Source of the DNA: Parcubacteria group bacterium
GTDB lineage: Bacteria > Patescibacteriota > Minisyncoccia > UBA10092
Reading direction: 5' to 3'
Length of the DNA: 64,000 bases
NCBI GenBank assembly: GCA_016188835.1
Contig: JACPHB010000006.1
Location: 1,877 to 65,876, forward strand
This document shows, one piece after another, positions 8,043 through 17,873 of this stretch (the stretch's first letter is position 1; every line of letters begins with the position of its first letter). The position numbers were made by a program, and so were the translations under genes. The notes beneath the pieces were generated by a model. The model ran no database searches, was not told where the DNA came from, and worked only from the letters and a program-made list of their open reading frames with translations.

Positions 8043-9998
8043 ATGTCAACAGAACCTCAATATTCTATAATCATTCCGACTTATAATAGAGCCAAAACTC
8101 TCGCCTTAACTTTAAATTCTGTTTGCAATCAAACAATATCAGCTGAAAAATACGAGATTATTGTCGTTGACGACGACTCAACGGATGAAACCGAATTAAG
8201 AATTAAGAATTATGAATTAATAATTAAGAAACCGGAAATCAGGTATTTTAAAATTAAAAACGGGGGACCAGCCAAAGCCAGAAACTTCGGCATAATACAA
8301 TCCAAGGGAGAGATTATTTTTTTTACCAATGATGACTATATTGTCCCCAAAAATTGGATGGAAACAATTTTAGACGGCTACAAAAGATATCCTGAAGTTG
8401 GCGGAGTGGGGGGGTGGCACGAAACCATCTCTAATGAGGCGGGTTTTTGGCAAAGATGCGTCGATACGATGGATAACAAATTCGGCGGCGGTATTTTAGA
8501 CGCGGAGATAAAAACAAATTTATATTTTTCCCCATATATAGGCGCCCAATCGGCCAATTTATCTTATAAAAAATCGATACTCCAAGAATGCGGCGGGTTT
8601 GACGAAAATTTGCGTTCTAGTAGGTGGCCGCTTAAAGTAAAAATAATAAAAAAATCCAGACTAAAAGATTTCTTTTATAAACATATCGGAGAGGGGAAGG
8701 ACTTGTTTTATCTGCATAAAAAATATCCCAAGCTGATAAATGATATTTACGGAAATCTTCTAAATAATTTTTTAGGACTTCTTGCTTATGCCGGAGCAAG
8801 TCGTTTTTATACTGCTTATTTTTTTTCTGTTTTATGTCGCATTGGAGGGAGAATTTTTGCCAAATACTTGGAACGGCCTGTCATTGAGGGGGTCGATCTT
8901 TTGCCAAACGAAACTTTTGAAATTTCAAAAAAACTGTCTGGAGAAGAAAAGTTCATTAAAACTAGTGGTCGACTGTTTAGCAAATCCATTTTTCGAATCA
9001 AAGAATCGGAGACGGATTTTTGTTCCGTTGTTATTCCGACATACAACAGAGCGGAAAGTTTAATAAAAGCCCTTGAAAATTTAATAAATCAAACAATTTC
9101 GCCTGAGAAATATGAAATTATTATTATCGACGATGGCTCAACGGATGACACCGAATTAAGAATTAGGAATTATGAATTAAGAATTAGGAAGCCGGAAATT
9201 AAATATTTCAAAATTGAAAACGGCGGGCCGGCTAAAGCTCGAAATTTTGGCATAGAAAAAGCGTGGGGAGAACTTGTTTTTTTCACTGACGACGATTGTA
9301 CGGTGCCGCCGGATTGGATGGAAACGCTTCTTTCGGGATTTAAAAAATATCCCGAAGCCGCGGGAGCGGGAGGATGGATTGTGCCGCCGGATGGAGAATT
9401 AGAAAAAAGCGCCATTTCCCGCTTTTTGCATTTTGAAAGTTTTTCTGGGCATCCTATTGTCAAGAGTTATATAAGGAGCCACGAAATATTAAGTAATGAT
9501 CCTCTGATGTGTTTTGGAAATTTTGCCTACAATACTGCAAATATCTGCTATAAAAAAGAAGTACTAAAAGCTATCGGCGGATTTAGAGAGGATTTTTACT
9601 GGCCAGGGAGCGAAGATAACGATCTGGCTTTTAGAATCGCGCAAGCCGGACATTACCTACTTTATCTGCCGTTTCATGTTACTCATCCAAAAGCTATGAC
9701 CTTATCGGAATTTGTAAAACTTCATTTTCACCGGGGAGCAAACGGTTATCTTTTAAGGATAATACATCAGAAATTATTGGAAAAATTAAAACCTGGCTTT
9801 GTAAGAGATTACGGTTCAATGGCAAGTTTTGTTTTCCGATTCAGTGGACCGGAAAAATTTTTGGCGTTGGTTCAATGGTTAAGCATCAACGCTGGCATTA
9901 GATATATGAAACGTGCCCTCAAACGGAATCCAATATCTTCCGAACCAATAGCAGAGGTTGCTGATAATTGCGAGAAAAGAAAATCCAATTATGTCTGA
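8043..9998 (+). CDS. tandem double GT2 glycosyltransferase
   Basis: two S(I/V)(I/V)IPTYNR...DD.STD...GPAKARN domains; second has DDDC and SED. Confidence 0.92.
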   Translation: MSTEPQYSIIIPTYNRAKTLALTLNSVCNQTISAEKYEIIVVDDDSTDETELRIKNYELIIKKPEIRYFKIKNGGPAKARNFGIIQSKGEIIFFTNDDYIVPKNWMETILDGYKRYPEVGGVGGWHETISNEAGFWQRCVDTMDNKFGGGILDAEIKTNLYFSPYIGAQSANLSYKKSILQECGGFDENLRSSRWPLKVKIIKKSRLKDFFYKHIGEGKDLFYLHKKYPKLINDIYGNLLNNFLGLLAYAGASRFYTAYFFSVLCRIGGRIFAKYLERPVIEGVDLLPNETFEISKKLSGEEKFIKTSGRLFSKSIFRIKESETDFCSVVIPTYNRAESLIKALENLINQTISPEKYEIIIIDDGSTDDTELRIRNYELRIRKPEIKYFKIENGGPAKARNFGIEKAWGELVFFTDDDCTVPPDWMETLLSGFKKYPEAAGAGGWIVPPDGELEKSAISRFLHFESFSGHPIVKSYIRSHEILSNDPLMCFGNFAYNTANICYKKEVLKAIGGFREDFYWPGSEDNDLAFRIAQAGHYLLYLPFHVTHPKAMTLSEFVKLHFHRGANGYLLRIIHQKLLEKLKPGFVRDYGSMASFVFRFSGPEKFLALVQWLSINAGIRYMKRALKRNPISSEPIAEVADNCEKRKSNYV

Positions 9999-11024
9999 TA
10001 AAGATTTCCTAAAAAGAAGTTGGTCTTTTGGGTTGGATAATATCGCTCTTATTTCCTTTCCGGCGCGTTTCATGAAATAAAGAAAAGAAATATTTTTCCA
10101 GATATTCGGGTACAATAAATGGAGCAGATAAAGATCTGTGCCTATTATTAGAGATTTGCGGAAATAATCTTTAAATGAAAAAGATGCCCTGTGTTTTACC
10201 ATTCGCGGCTCGTATATTAAAGATAATCCCGATTTATGTACGCGAACTGGAAAGTCATAAAAGCCGATATGTTGAAAATAAAAATTAAAACCGCCGATTT
10301 TCTTAAAACTTTCTTTGTGGCAACAGAAATTAGCCGTATATCCGCTGCGAATAGAATAGGAGGTGTTTTTAGAAGGGGAAGGAAAAAATTTGTGCGTCCA
10401 AAACGCGAACCGATGATAAAAATCCAAATCGCCATTACCGGAATACGGCTCTTTCCATCCGCCGACGCCAATAACCTCCGGATTTTTATCAAGAACCCGT
10501 TTAAACCATGAAAGCCAATCGGGGGGCACTAGACAATCATCGTCGGTAAAGGCGAGTAAAGATCCTTGGGAATGCAATACGCCAACATTCCGCGCGAAAT
10601 CAGCGCCATAGTTTTTTTTTAATTTAATATAAACAATGCCTATTCTGTTTTTTTGGAAATTAGCTATCATTTCTTCAGTTTTGTCCGTTGATCCGTTATC
10701 AACTATAATTATCTCAAACGTATTGCTCGGAATGTTTTTTTGGGAAACTGCTGCTTGGAGAGTGCCCGCGAGCAATTCACGGCGGTTGTGCGTGGGAATG
10801 ATTACGCTAAAAAGCGGCTTGCCCTGAGCTTGTCGAAGTGGTTTTGTGGCTTGATTCGCGTTGAACCGAGAAATTTTACCGATGTGAGGAGCGTAATTGT
10901 AATTCAAAAAATTATGGTCGTAAGGCGGCGTTTCTTTATATAAAAATTCTATCAATTCGCGATAGGAAACGCTGTCTTGCTCTATGTGGCAAATAACGCG
11001 CAGAGTTTTTAAAAAATTATACAT
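9879..11024 (-). CDS. GT2 glycosyltransferase
   Basis: SVIIPTHNR, VDNGSTD, FTDDDC. Confidence 0.9.
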   Translation of the reverse strand: MYNFLKTLRVICHIEQDSVSYRELIEFLYKETPPYDHNFLNYNYAPHIGKISRFNANQATKPLRQAQGKPLFSVIIPTHNRRELLAGTLQAAVSQKNIPSNTFEIIIVDNGSTDKTEEMIANFQKNRIGIVYIKLKKNYGADFARNVGVLHSQGSLLAFTDDDCLVPPDWLSWFKRVLDKNPEVIGVGGWKEPYSGNGDLDFYHRFAFWTHKFFPSPSKNTSYSIRSGYTANFCCHKESFKKIGGFNFYFQHIGFYDFPVRVHKSGLSLIYEPRMVKHRASFSFKDYFRKSLIIGTDLYLLHLLYPNIWKNISFLYFMKRAGKEIRAILSNPKDQLLFRKSLSDIIGFSFLAIISNLCYWFGRYWIPFEGTFHISNASVDA

Positions 11025-11877
11025 AATTATAGTAATTTTCGTAGTCTTCTTTTAATCCTTTAATAAGCGGGGTAAACTTAATTCCCATTTTTTTTATTTT
11101 TTCATTACTGACAATGAAATTTTCATTGGCGAACGGAAATTCTAGAAAATTCCATTTCGCGCCGTCAGCCGAGGGGTTATATTCAATAATAGGTTTTTTG
11201 CCGATAATTTTTCCCATTTCTTCCGTAAGCTCGCGCAAAGTTATTACATCGTCTCCGGCGCAGTTAAACGCGCCTCCGATCTTTTTTTCGGCAAGAAAAG
11301 CCAAAGAATCAGCCACTTCATCCGCAAAAACAAAATGAATAAGCGCTTGCCCGTTTCCCGGCAAAACAAGCGGCGGTCCATTTTTAATTCTTGAATATAT
11401 AAACGCTTCTCGGTTACAATAATTTCGCGGGCCGAGAATGTAAACCGGACGCAGGACGGCGAATTCAACTCCGCTTTTTGCCAAAACATTCTCGCATTCT
11501 GCCTTTCCTCTGTTATAATCGCTCCAAAGCGGCCAGCCGCCAAGAGGCGAATCTTCGGTAAGCGGAAAATTTTTTGGTTTTTGGTACGCAGCGGCGGTGC
11601 TCATATGCAAGAAAAAATCGAAATTCAGTTCTTTAAGCGCGCATTTTGTTTGCGCTCCGCTGTAAGCGCACATATCTATAACCGCGTCAAAATGTTCCGG
11701 CATATTAAAACCGGCGTTTCTATCGCCTTTTATAAAACGAACGGCGCTAGGATAATCAGAACTTACTAAACCGCGGTTGAATACCGTAATTGAATGGTCC
11801 CCAGAAAGCAGTTTTTGGATAAGCAATGGCCCCACAAATCGCGAACCGCCGATGATCAATATGTTTTGTTTTCTCAT
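11017..11877 (-). CDS. NAD-dependent epimerase/dehydratase (atypical SDR)
   Basis: IIGGSRFVG, YNRGK, LRPVYILGP. Confidence 0.88.
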   Translation of the reverse strand: MRKQNILIIGGSRFVGPLLIQKLLSGDHSITVFNRGLVSSDYPSAVRFIKGDRNAGFNMPEHFDAVIDMCAYSGAQTKCALKELNFDFFLHMSTAAAYQKPKNFPLTEDSPLGGWPLWSDYNRGKAECENVLAKSGVEFAVLRPVYILGPRNYCNREAFIYSRIKNGPPLVLPGNGQALIHFVFADEVADSLAFLAEKKIGGAFNCAGDDVITLRELTEEMGKIIGKKPIIEYNPSADGAKWNFLEFPFANENFIVSNEKIKKMGIKFTPLIKGLKEDYENYYNYV

Positions 11878-11925
11878 AACCCCAGTTTAAAACATACGGA
11901 GGTCATCTGTAAATTCCATCAACAA

Positions 11926-13407
11926 ATGTATAAAACCAATAAAAATGAATTTTTAAAAGGAGTTGGGCTGGCCGATTACTTTGATGAGTATTTTGACGCG
12001 CTGGAAAATCCTTTCTCCGAAGATACGGCTGTTTTGCCAATTCTTAAAAAAATCGGAGAAAAATTCGCTTATTCCTTGGAAAGTTTTATCGGAAATCAAA
12101 TATACATCAAAAAACAAATCTCGCCGCTTGACCATGTACCGCCGAAATTCCGCAGAGTTGTCGCGCGGCTTGCCAAAGAGGGAATTATTACCGACTGTTA
12201 TCGCCCAAAGCCGATTCCCGATTGGCCCAATATTCCGGCGTTAAGAATTACCTGCGGCGGATTAAGTCCTTCCGGTTGTTCGCTAAGCTACGAAGAAGCG
12301 GCAAAAAAAGCGGTTGCCGAATGTTTTGAAAGACACTCGTTTACCATATATGATAATAAAAAATTTATCTATGGATCCTACGCGGAATTTGAATTAAACG
12401 GCGCCCTTGATCCAAAACTTTTTAGCGGGTTTTCAAAGAATCAGCTGCAAAAAGAAAATTATGCCCGGCATCGCTTGGATGACAACTCAAAATTTATGTG
12501 GACGGAGGCAAAATCACTTTTTGATAATAAAAAATGTCTTGTTCCCGCTCAGTTAATTTATCTTGGGTATAAAAACGAAAAAGAAGAGCCCGTCATCAGG
12601 CAAACCACTACCAGCGGAGCTGCGGCGGGGAGCAGTTACGATATGGCTTTATACAATGCTCTTTGCGAAGCGGTGGAGCGCGATTCTTTTGTCATCCATT
12701 GGTTAAATAAAATTACTCCCCCCAGAATCAATCTGGACAATATTGCCAATGAGCCCATAAGGCGTCTGCTGTCGGAATATAAAAAATTCAACATTGATTT
12801 TGCCGTATTTGATATAACCACGGATCTTAATATTCCGGCCGTTCTTACCGTAATCCGGGATAACGCGCCGAAAAGATTAAAAGTATACGCGGCGCCTCGG
12901 GCAGATCTTGATATAGAAAACGCCATAAAATCTTCTCTTTCCGAAGCTCTCGTGGCGGGATTTATAAATGAAAGCGCGACGGAAGAGGTAAAAATATTAA
13001 ACGACAATGAGGGGGAAAATATAAAGAATATAAAAGATAGAATAATCTATTGGAGTGATCTGAAAAGAATCGGCGAAGCGGATTTTCTTTATGGAGACGG
13101 CTTTAGAACTCTTGCCGATAATAAATATCGGGGGGCGGGCGCGAAAGAAAAACTGCCGGTTCTTAAAGAAATTTTAAAAAACTCGGGGCTTGACGCTTAC
13201 GTTGTTGACGCAACCACGCCTCTTGCCAAAGAATTCGGTCTTACCGTTTTAGCGTCGCTTATACCCCGGCTCTGTCCGCTTTACCTTAACGAACACTATA
13301 AATGCCTTGGTGTAAGAAGATTGTATGAAGCTCCGGCGCGGATGGGAATTTTTAAAAATTCGAAAAAAGAAGAAGAAATGAACTTGGTACCACACCCGAT
13401 GCTTTAA
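11926..13407 (+). CDS. YcaO-family cyclodehydratase-like protein
   Basis: AECFER, TTSGAAAG, EAVERD ATP-binding motifs, C-terminal PHPML; start moved to ATG 11926 to avoid overlap with the divergent gene. Confidence 0.9.
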   Translation: MYKTNKNEFLKGVGLADYFDEYFDALENPFSEDTAVLPILKKIGEKFAYSLESFIGNQIYIKKQISPLDHVPPKFRRVVARLAKEGIITDCYRPKPIPDWPNIPALRITCGGLSPSGCSLSYEEAAKKAVAECFERHSFTIYDNKKFIYGSYAEFELNGALDPKLFSGFSKNQLQKENYARHRLDDNSKFMWTEAKSLFDNKKCLVPAQLIYLGYKNEKEEPVIRQTTTSGAAAGSSYDMALYNALCEAVERDSFVIHWLNKITPPRINLDNIANEPIRRLLSEYKKFNIDFAVFDITTDLNIPAVLTVIRDNAPKRLKVYAAPRADLDIENAIKSSLSEALVAGFINESATEEVKILNDNEGENIKNIKDRIIYWSDLKRIGEADFLYGDGFRTLADNKYRGAGAKEKLPVLKEILKNSGLDAYVVDATTPLAKEFGLTVLASLIPRLCPLYLNEHYKCLGVRRLYEAPARMGIFKNSKKEEEMNLVPHPML

Positions 13408-13416
13408 TCAAAAAAA

Positions 13417-14919
13417 ATGGCTAGACATATAAATTATAATAAAAAAACGGAAGAACGGCTGAAACAGGAAATAAAATGGCTTCTGGAAGAAAAATATGGA
13501 AACAAAATTACTGCGGAAGCAAACCAAGATATAGAAAAGATAAAGAACGGCGAACCGGTTGATTATGTCATCGGTCGGACTGATTTTTGCGGGGCAAAAA
13601 TCGACTTGTCTTTGCGTCCGCTAATCCCACGGCCGGAAACAGAATGTTGGGTAGCGGAAGCAATAGACGATATTAAAAGCCGGGGGAATATCGGTGAAAT
13701 TAAATGCCTTGATTTATTTTCCGGCTCGGGGTGCATAGGCATCGCGATTTTAAAAAACATTCCGGAAGCGCGCGTTGATTTTGTGGATATAGACGACATC
13801 GTTCTAAAACAAATAGCGATAAATCTTAAATTAAATGGTATTCACGAAAATCGTTTTTCCATAATAAAATCGGATATTTTTGAAAATGTAAGCGGGGCGT
13901 ATGATTATATTTTCGCCAACCCGCCGTATATTCCGACTAAATATCCGGTTGCCCAATCAGCCATTGAATATGAACCCCATCACTCCTTTTTGGCGGGAGA
14001 TAGCGGTCTTTTATTTATAAAGCCGTTTCTTGATGGATCAAAAAAATATTTGAAGAGCGGCGGCAAATTGTGGATGGAGTTTTATGCCGGAGAAAGAATG
14101 GAAATTGAAAATATCCTCCAAAAAAACAACTATGATTTTTATTTTAACGAACTCGGCGATTGCGGAGTTTTGTCGGCCAAACTGCGCGCGGAAAAAGCAT
14201 ATGCCGATCCGTTTTTTGAATACTTTGATAAAGAAATGCCTCTGATCAATCTTAATTCTTCGGAGTGGGGGACAATAACCTATAAAGAATATCCCTGCTC
14301 TTCCAAAATTATACTGCCCAATCCCGCTCCGCTTCCAACAAAAACAATAGAAGATGTTTTGTGTCGGAGAAAAACGGAAAGAAATTTCTCCAAAAAGCCG
14401 CTTTCCAAAGAAATACTGGGGCGATTGCTTTACTTTAGCGCAGGGCTGATAAGCAAAACGGTTGGCGCGGCAAACGAATTCCGCCGTTTTTACCCTTCCG
14501 GCGGCGCGAGATATCCGATAGAAATTTATATTGCGAATTTCACCCCCGGCGAGCTTGATGCGGGAGTTTATCATTATAACGTCAGGAACCATATATTGGA
14601 AAAATTGTCTTTTTCCTCCGCCGAAAAGATAAAACACGCCCTTTTTTATGATTTTGCCAAAGACGCCGCCGCGCTTATACTTCTTTCTTTTGTCGGTGAG
14701 CGAACAACGAAAAAATACGGTAATTTAGGATACAAATTAGGAATGATTGAAGCGGGACATATCGGACAAAATATTTATCTGGTAGGAACGGCGCTCGGGC
14801 TTGGAACGCTTGCCCTTGGAGGAATGAATTATGAAGTGGCGCAAAGGGAGTTAAATCTGGGAGAAGATGAAACGGTATTTTATCAGCTTGCCGTGGGACA
14901 ACCGGAAGAAAACAAATAA
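13417..14919 (+). CDS. fusion: PrmC/HemK-like N-methyltransferase + SagB/ThcOx FMN dehydrogenase
   Basis: N-half GEPVDYVIG, LIPRPETE, DLFSGSG, NPPY; C-half RRKTERNF, RRFYPSGGARYP, EAGHIGQN. Confidence 0.88.
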   Translation: MARHINYNKKTEERLKQEIKWLLEEKYGNKITAEANQDIEKIKNGEPVDYVIGRTDFCGAKIDLSLRPLIPRPETECWVAEAIDDIKSRGNIGEIKCLDLFSGSGCIGIAILKNIPEARVDFVDIDDIVLKQIAINLKLNGIHENRFSIIKSDIFENVSGAYDYIFANPPYIPTKYPVAQSAIEYEPHHSFLAGDSGLLFIKPFLDGSKKYLKSGGKLWMEFYAGERMEIENILQKNNYDFYFNELGDCGVLSAKLRAEKAYADPFFEYFDKEMPLINLNSSEWGTITYKEYPCSSKIILPNPAPLPTKTIEDVLCRRKTERNFSKKPLSKEILGRLLYFSAGLISKTVGAANEFRRFYPSGGARYPIEIYIANFTPGELDAGVYHYNVRNHILEKLSFSSAEKIKHALFYDFAKDAAALILLSFVGERTTKKYGNLGYKLGMIEAGHIGQNIYLVGTALGLGTLALGGMNYEVAQRELNLGEDETVFYQLAVGQPEENK

Positions 14920-15007
14920 GCAATTGCCGGGCAACAAATTGTGGATAAAATTACTTGCCAACAATCTGATTCCGATAGATACTTGATTTAGTTAATAAAA
15001 TTTTTTT

Positions 15008-16471
15008 ATGAAAAAAATATTAAATTCCTTCGCATTTTTATTTAAGGCCTTTATTCTCGTGCTCATTCTTCTCGTTGGCTGGGCATTTATAAATATTACC
15101 AATTTAATTAAAGGAAAAAAATCGTCGGATAAGGACTCTTTGTCTAAAAATATGTTTGGCGCGGATGAAGCGTCTGCCGATGCGGGTGGAAAGGCCACTA
15201 CTCCATTTCTTGCCTGTTTTGACGGCAAGGAATATAAACTGGAAAATGACATTCTTTTTGGCAGGCCGAACAGCTTTTATCACCAATACGATACGGCTAA
15301 GGCGCTTTACGAGGATGGAAGAATTTTCCCCGATCTTTATAAAATTACTTCGCCCGTAAAATCTTACAGCGGGAAAATTCTTTTCCAAATTCAGGAAATT
15401 GAGCCGGAAGAGAGCTTTTTCAAGTGGCTGGAGTTGACTCGGGTGGCGCATCCGGAAAACACGGAAGTTGTGGTTGACTCCGACTTCAAAAAATTTTATG
15501 TGCTCGAAAAAGATCGGCTTGAGAAAAAAATAGTTTTGCCCTCGTCGGTCATTGATAATCGCGGGAGGGATCGCGGCAAAGAAATTTCTAGTCAAGATCT
15601 TTTGTGGCAATATGACGCTACTTCTGTCGGGAATATACTCTTTAACGTCAATGAGAGTGTGGAGATAACTTTTAGAAATCTAAAGAGAGGAGAAATCCCG
15701 CATCTTATTACAAAAACGTGGTTTAGAGATTGGGTGGCCGGAGAAGCGCATGCGCATATTGCCGATAAAAAAATAAGCGTTCTTGATTTTTTCACCATTT
15801 TCGGGCTTAAAAAAGCGGCTACGATTGCCGTACTGTTTATTTTTGGCTGGGCGTATTATAAATTCGGATTTGCGCCGGGATCTCTTACTTTTCTTCCGCT
15901 ATTTGCGGGAGTCCAATGCGGCTGCAGTTGCGCGTGTCTGACTTATAGTTATAAAAATGAAGAGGGAAATTATCAGTGGATTAACATAAGCGATGTGCGG
16001 TCGTGGAAACATAACAATGAAATGGTTGAATTGCCGCGCGAAGCCGTAAATTCCAAAGGTGAATTAACGCTTCGCGTTGCCGCGACCAAAAAACACGCCC
16101 TGGGATTTATCGGGGTGGTGCAGGAAGACGATTTGGCCGCCGCGAGCCATAGAAATTATCGGACGGAAAATCTAAATCTGCGGCAGGCATATCACAGCCG
16201 TTTGCAAAAAGACGCGAGCGGAGCGCTTAAAAAGGGATACTGGAAAGAATATTTACACACGATTCCTGGCGACAAGGTTGATATTGAGTTTGACGCGCCG
16301 AATTCCGAATTGGGCAAAAATGAAAAAGAAACTTATCTTCTGCGTTCTTCGGGATTTTATACTTCGCTAAGACCGGAATATAAAAAGCTTGCCGGAAACT
16401 GGCAGGAAAAAATAAGCGAAGAAGCAAAATCGCGATTAACTTCTTTAAAATCGCTTGAAAATTACAAATGA
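15008..16471 (+). CDS. membrane-anchored hypothetical protein with internal TM segment and CGCSCAC motif
   Basis: 487-aa ORF, N-terminal TM, PFL..FDG..Y..END domain start, internal hydrophobic segment then VQCGCSCAC. Confidence 0.8.
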   Translation: MKKILNSFAFLFKAFILVLILLVGWAFINITNLIKGKKSSDKDSLSKNMFGADEASADAGGKATTPFLACFDGKEYKLENDILFGRPNSFYHQYDTAKALYEDGRIFPDLYKITSPVKSYSGKILFQIQEIEPEESFFKWLELTRVAHPENTEVVVDSDFKKFYVLEKDRLEKKIVLPSSVIDNRGRDRGKEISSQDLLWQYDATSVGNILFNVNESVEITFRNLKRGEIPHLITKTWFRDWVAGEAHAHIADKKISVLDFFTIFGLKKAATIAVLFIFGWAYYKFGFAPGSLTFLPLFAGVQCGCSCACLTYSYKNEEGNYQWINISDVRSWKHNNEMVELPREAVNSKGELTLRVAATKKHALGFIGVVQEDDLAAASHRNYRTENLNLRQAYHSRLQKDASGALKKGYWKEYLHTIPGDKVDIEFDAPNSELGKNEKETYLLRSSGFYTSLRPEYKKLAGNWQEKISEEAKSRLTSLKSLENYK

Positions 16472-17547
16472 CCGCTTTATTTGGGGAAAACAAAAAATTT
16501 TTTTTGGGTGTTGCGGCTCTTATTGTGATTCTTGCCGGAGCTTTTTTTGGAGCGCGCTTTGCCGCCTCTTATTATTACAAAAAAGGCACAGAAACATATT
16601 TACAGAATAATTTTGCCGTTGCAAAAAATAATTTTGACATTTCTCTCATATTTGGCCCTAAAAATTCTCGGGCTCACTTTTGGCTTGGAAAAATAGCTTT
16701 AGGCCAGCCGGCTCCCAACCAGAATGTTTATTATCCCCAAGCCGATTATAAAGAAGCGGCTAAACATTACGAAAAAGCGATTTTACTCGGTCTTGAACAA
16801 AATAATGAAAATTTATACAAGGTTGCCCTTGATGATTTGGGCAATGCCTTTTGGAATTTAAACGAATTAGACAGGGCGCGTGAAAAATATTTCGAAAAGC
16901 TATCAAAATTTCCCGATGCGTCTTTTTGGGCGAGATATTTTATCGCTTGGCATGATTTTAATTATCTCAACAAACCGGATGAAGCGTTAGAAGTTCTATT
17001 GCCGGCATTAAATCTTGCTTCGTCTGACAACGATCGTTTTAATCTTTTTAAAATCAATCTGATGCTTGCCCGTCTTTATATTTATAAAAACGATTACGCG
17101 AGCGCGGTAAAATACGCAGAGAGCGTCATAGAAAGCGGCGGGCCGCAAAATAAAAGCTGGGAAGTTCAGGCCGCTCATGGGCTTTTGGCGATTGATTACG
17201 GCCGCCAGAAAAAATTTGCTTTAGCCGAAAGCGAAATTAAAAAAGCCAACGATTTGGCAGAATCGGCCGGCGCTAATAATTGTATTCTTGCGGCGGCTTA
17301 TGTCGCCGGAGAAAATTATCCGAAAGCGATTTCTGTTGCCGAAAAAATCGATATGGCCACTCAAACTTATATGAATTCCGTCTGCGTTCAGATATTGGCC
17401 ATTTCTTATTTGGCGAAAGGCGATAAAATCAATGCACGAAAGTATCTGGAAGAATATTTGAGTTTTACCGAAAAATTCACGGAGAAAAATATTTTTGTGA
17501 TGCGTAATCGCCAAGAGTTCGCCGAAGAGCTTTTAAAACTGAAGTAG
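16468..17547 (+). CDS. membrane-anchored TPR protein
   Basis: N-terminal TM, repeated helical A..Y..A patterns, ATGA coupling to upstream gene. Confidence 0.8.
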   Translation: MTALFGENKKFFLGVAALIVILAGAFFGARFAASYYYKKGTETYLQNNFAVAKNNFDISLIFGPKNSRAHFWLGKIALGQPAPNQNVYYPQADYKEAAKHYEKAILLGLEQNNENLYKVALDDLGNAFWNLNELDRAREKYFEKLSKFPDASFWARYFIAWHDFNYLNKPDEALEVLLPALNLASSDNDRFNLFKINLMLARLYIYKNDYASAVKYAESVIESGGPQNKSWEVQAAHGLLAIDYGRQKKFALAESEIKKANDLAESAGANNCILAAAYVAGENYPKAISVAEKIDMATQTYMNSVCVQILAISYLAKGDKINARKYLEEYLSFTEKFTEKNIFVMRNRQEFAEELLKLK

Positions 17548-17580
17548 CCAATTCGAAATCAATTCCATCAAAAGTAAATA

Positions 17581-17610
17581 TTGACTACGGATAGGATTAG
17601 GAAATATAAT
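17581..17610 (+). promoter_or_regulatory. sigma70-type promoter of hicBA
   Basis: TTGACT-18 bp-TATAAT, 10 bp before the ATG. Confidence 0.6.
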
Positions 17611-17620
17611 AAATAAAATT

Positions 17621-17869
17621 ATGGTTAAAAGACCGCAACAATTTAAGGCCATTATTGAACAAGATGAAGACGGTTATTTTATAGGTTCAGTTCCGGCGCT
17701 TCCCGGCTGTTATACTCAAGCCAAAACACTTTTGGAACTTAAAAAGCGGCTTCAAGAGGCAATTTTGCTTTGTCTTGAAACGGCTCGCCTTGATCCACAA
17801 TATCGTCAGCGCTTAAAAATTTTTTCCTATATTCCGGCATTTGTAGGATTGGAATCGGTGGAAGTATAA
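17621..17869 (+). CDS. hicB: HicB-family antitoxin
   Basis: IEQDEDGYFIGSVPALPGCYTQAKTL..L.EAI. Confidence 0.88.
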   Translation: MVKRPQQFKAIIEQDEDGYFIGSVPALPGCYTQAKTLLELKKRLQEAILLCLETARLDPQYRQRLKIFSYIPAFVGLESVEV

Positions 17870-17873
17870 ATCT

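Noticed and set aside
11794-11925. N-terminal extensions of YcaO, ComF (21147-21254), Clp (23703-23807) and MGMT (40321-40410) in the ORF track
   Set aside because: They overlap divergent genes or repeat elements; downstream ATGs match the family starts.
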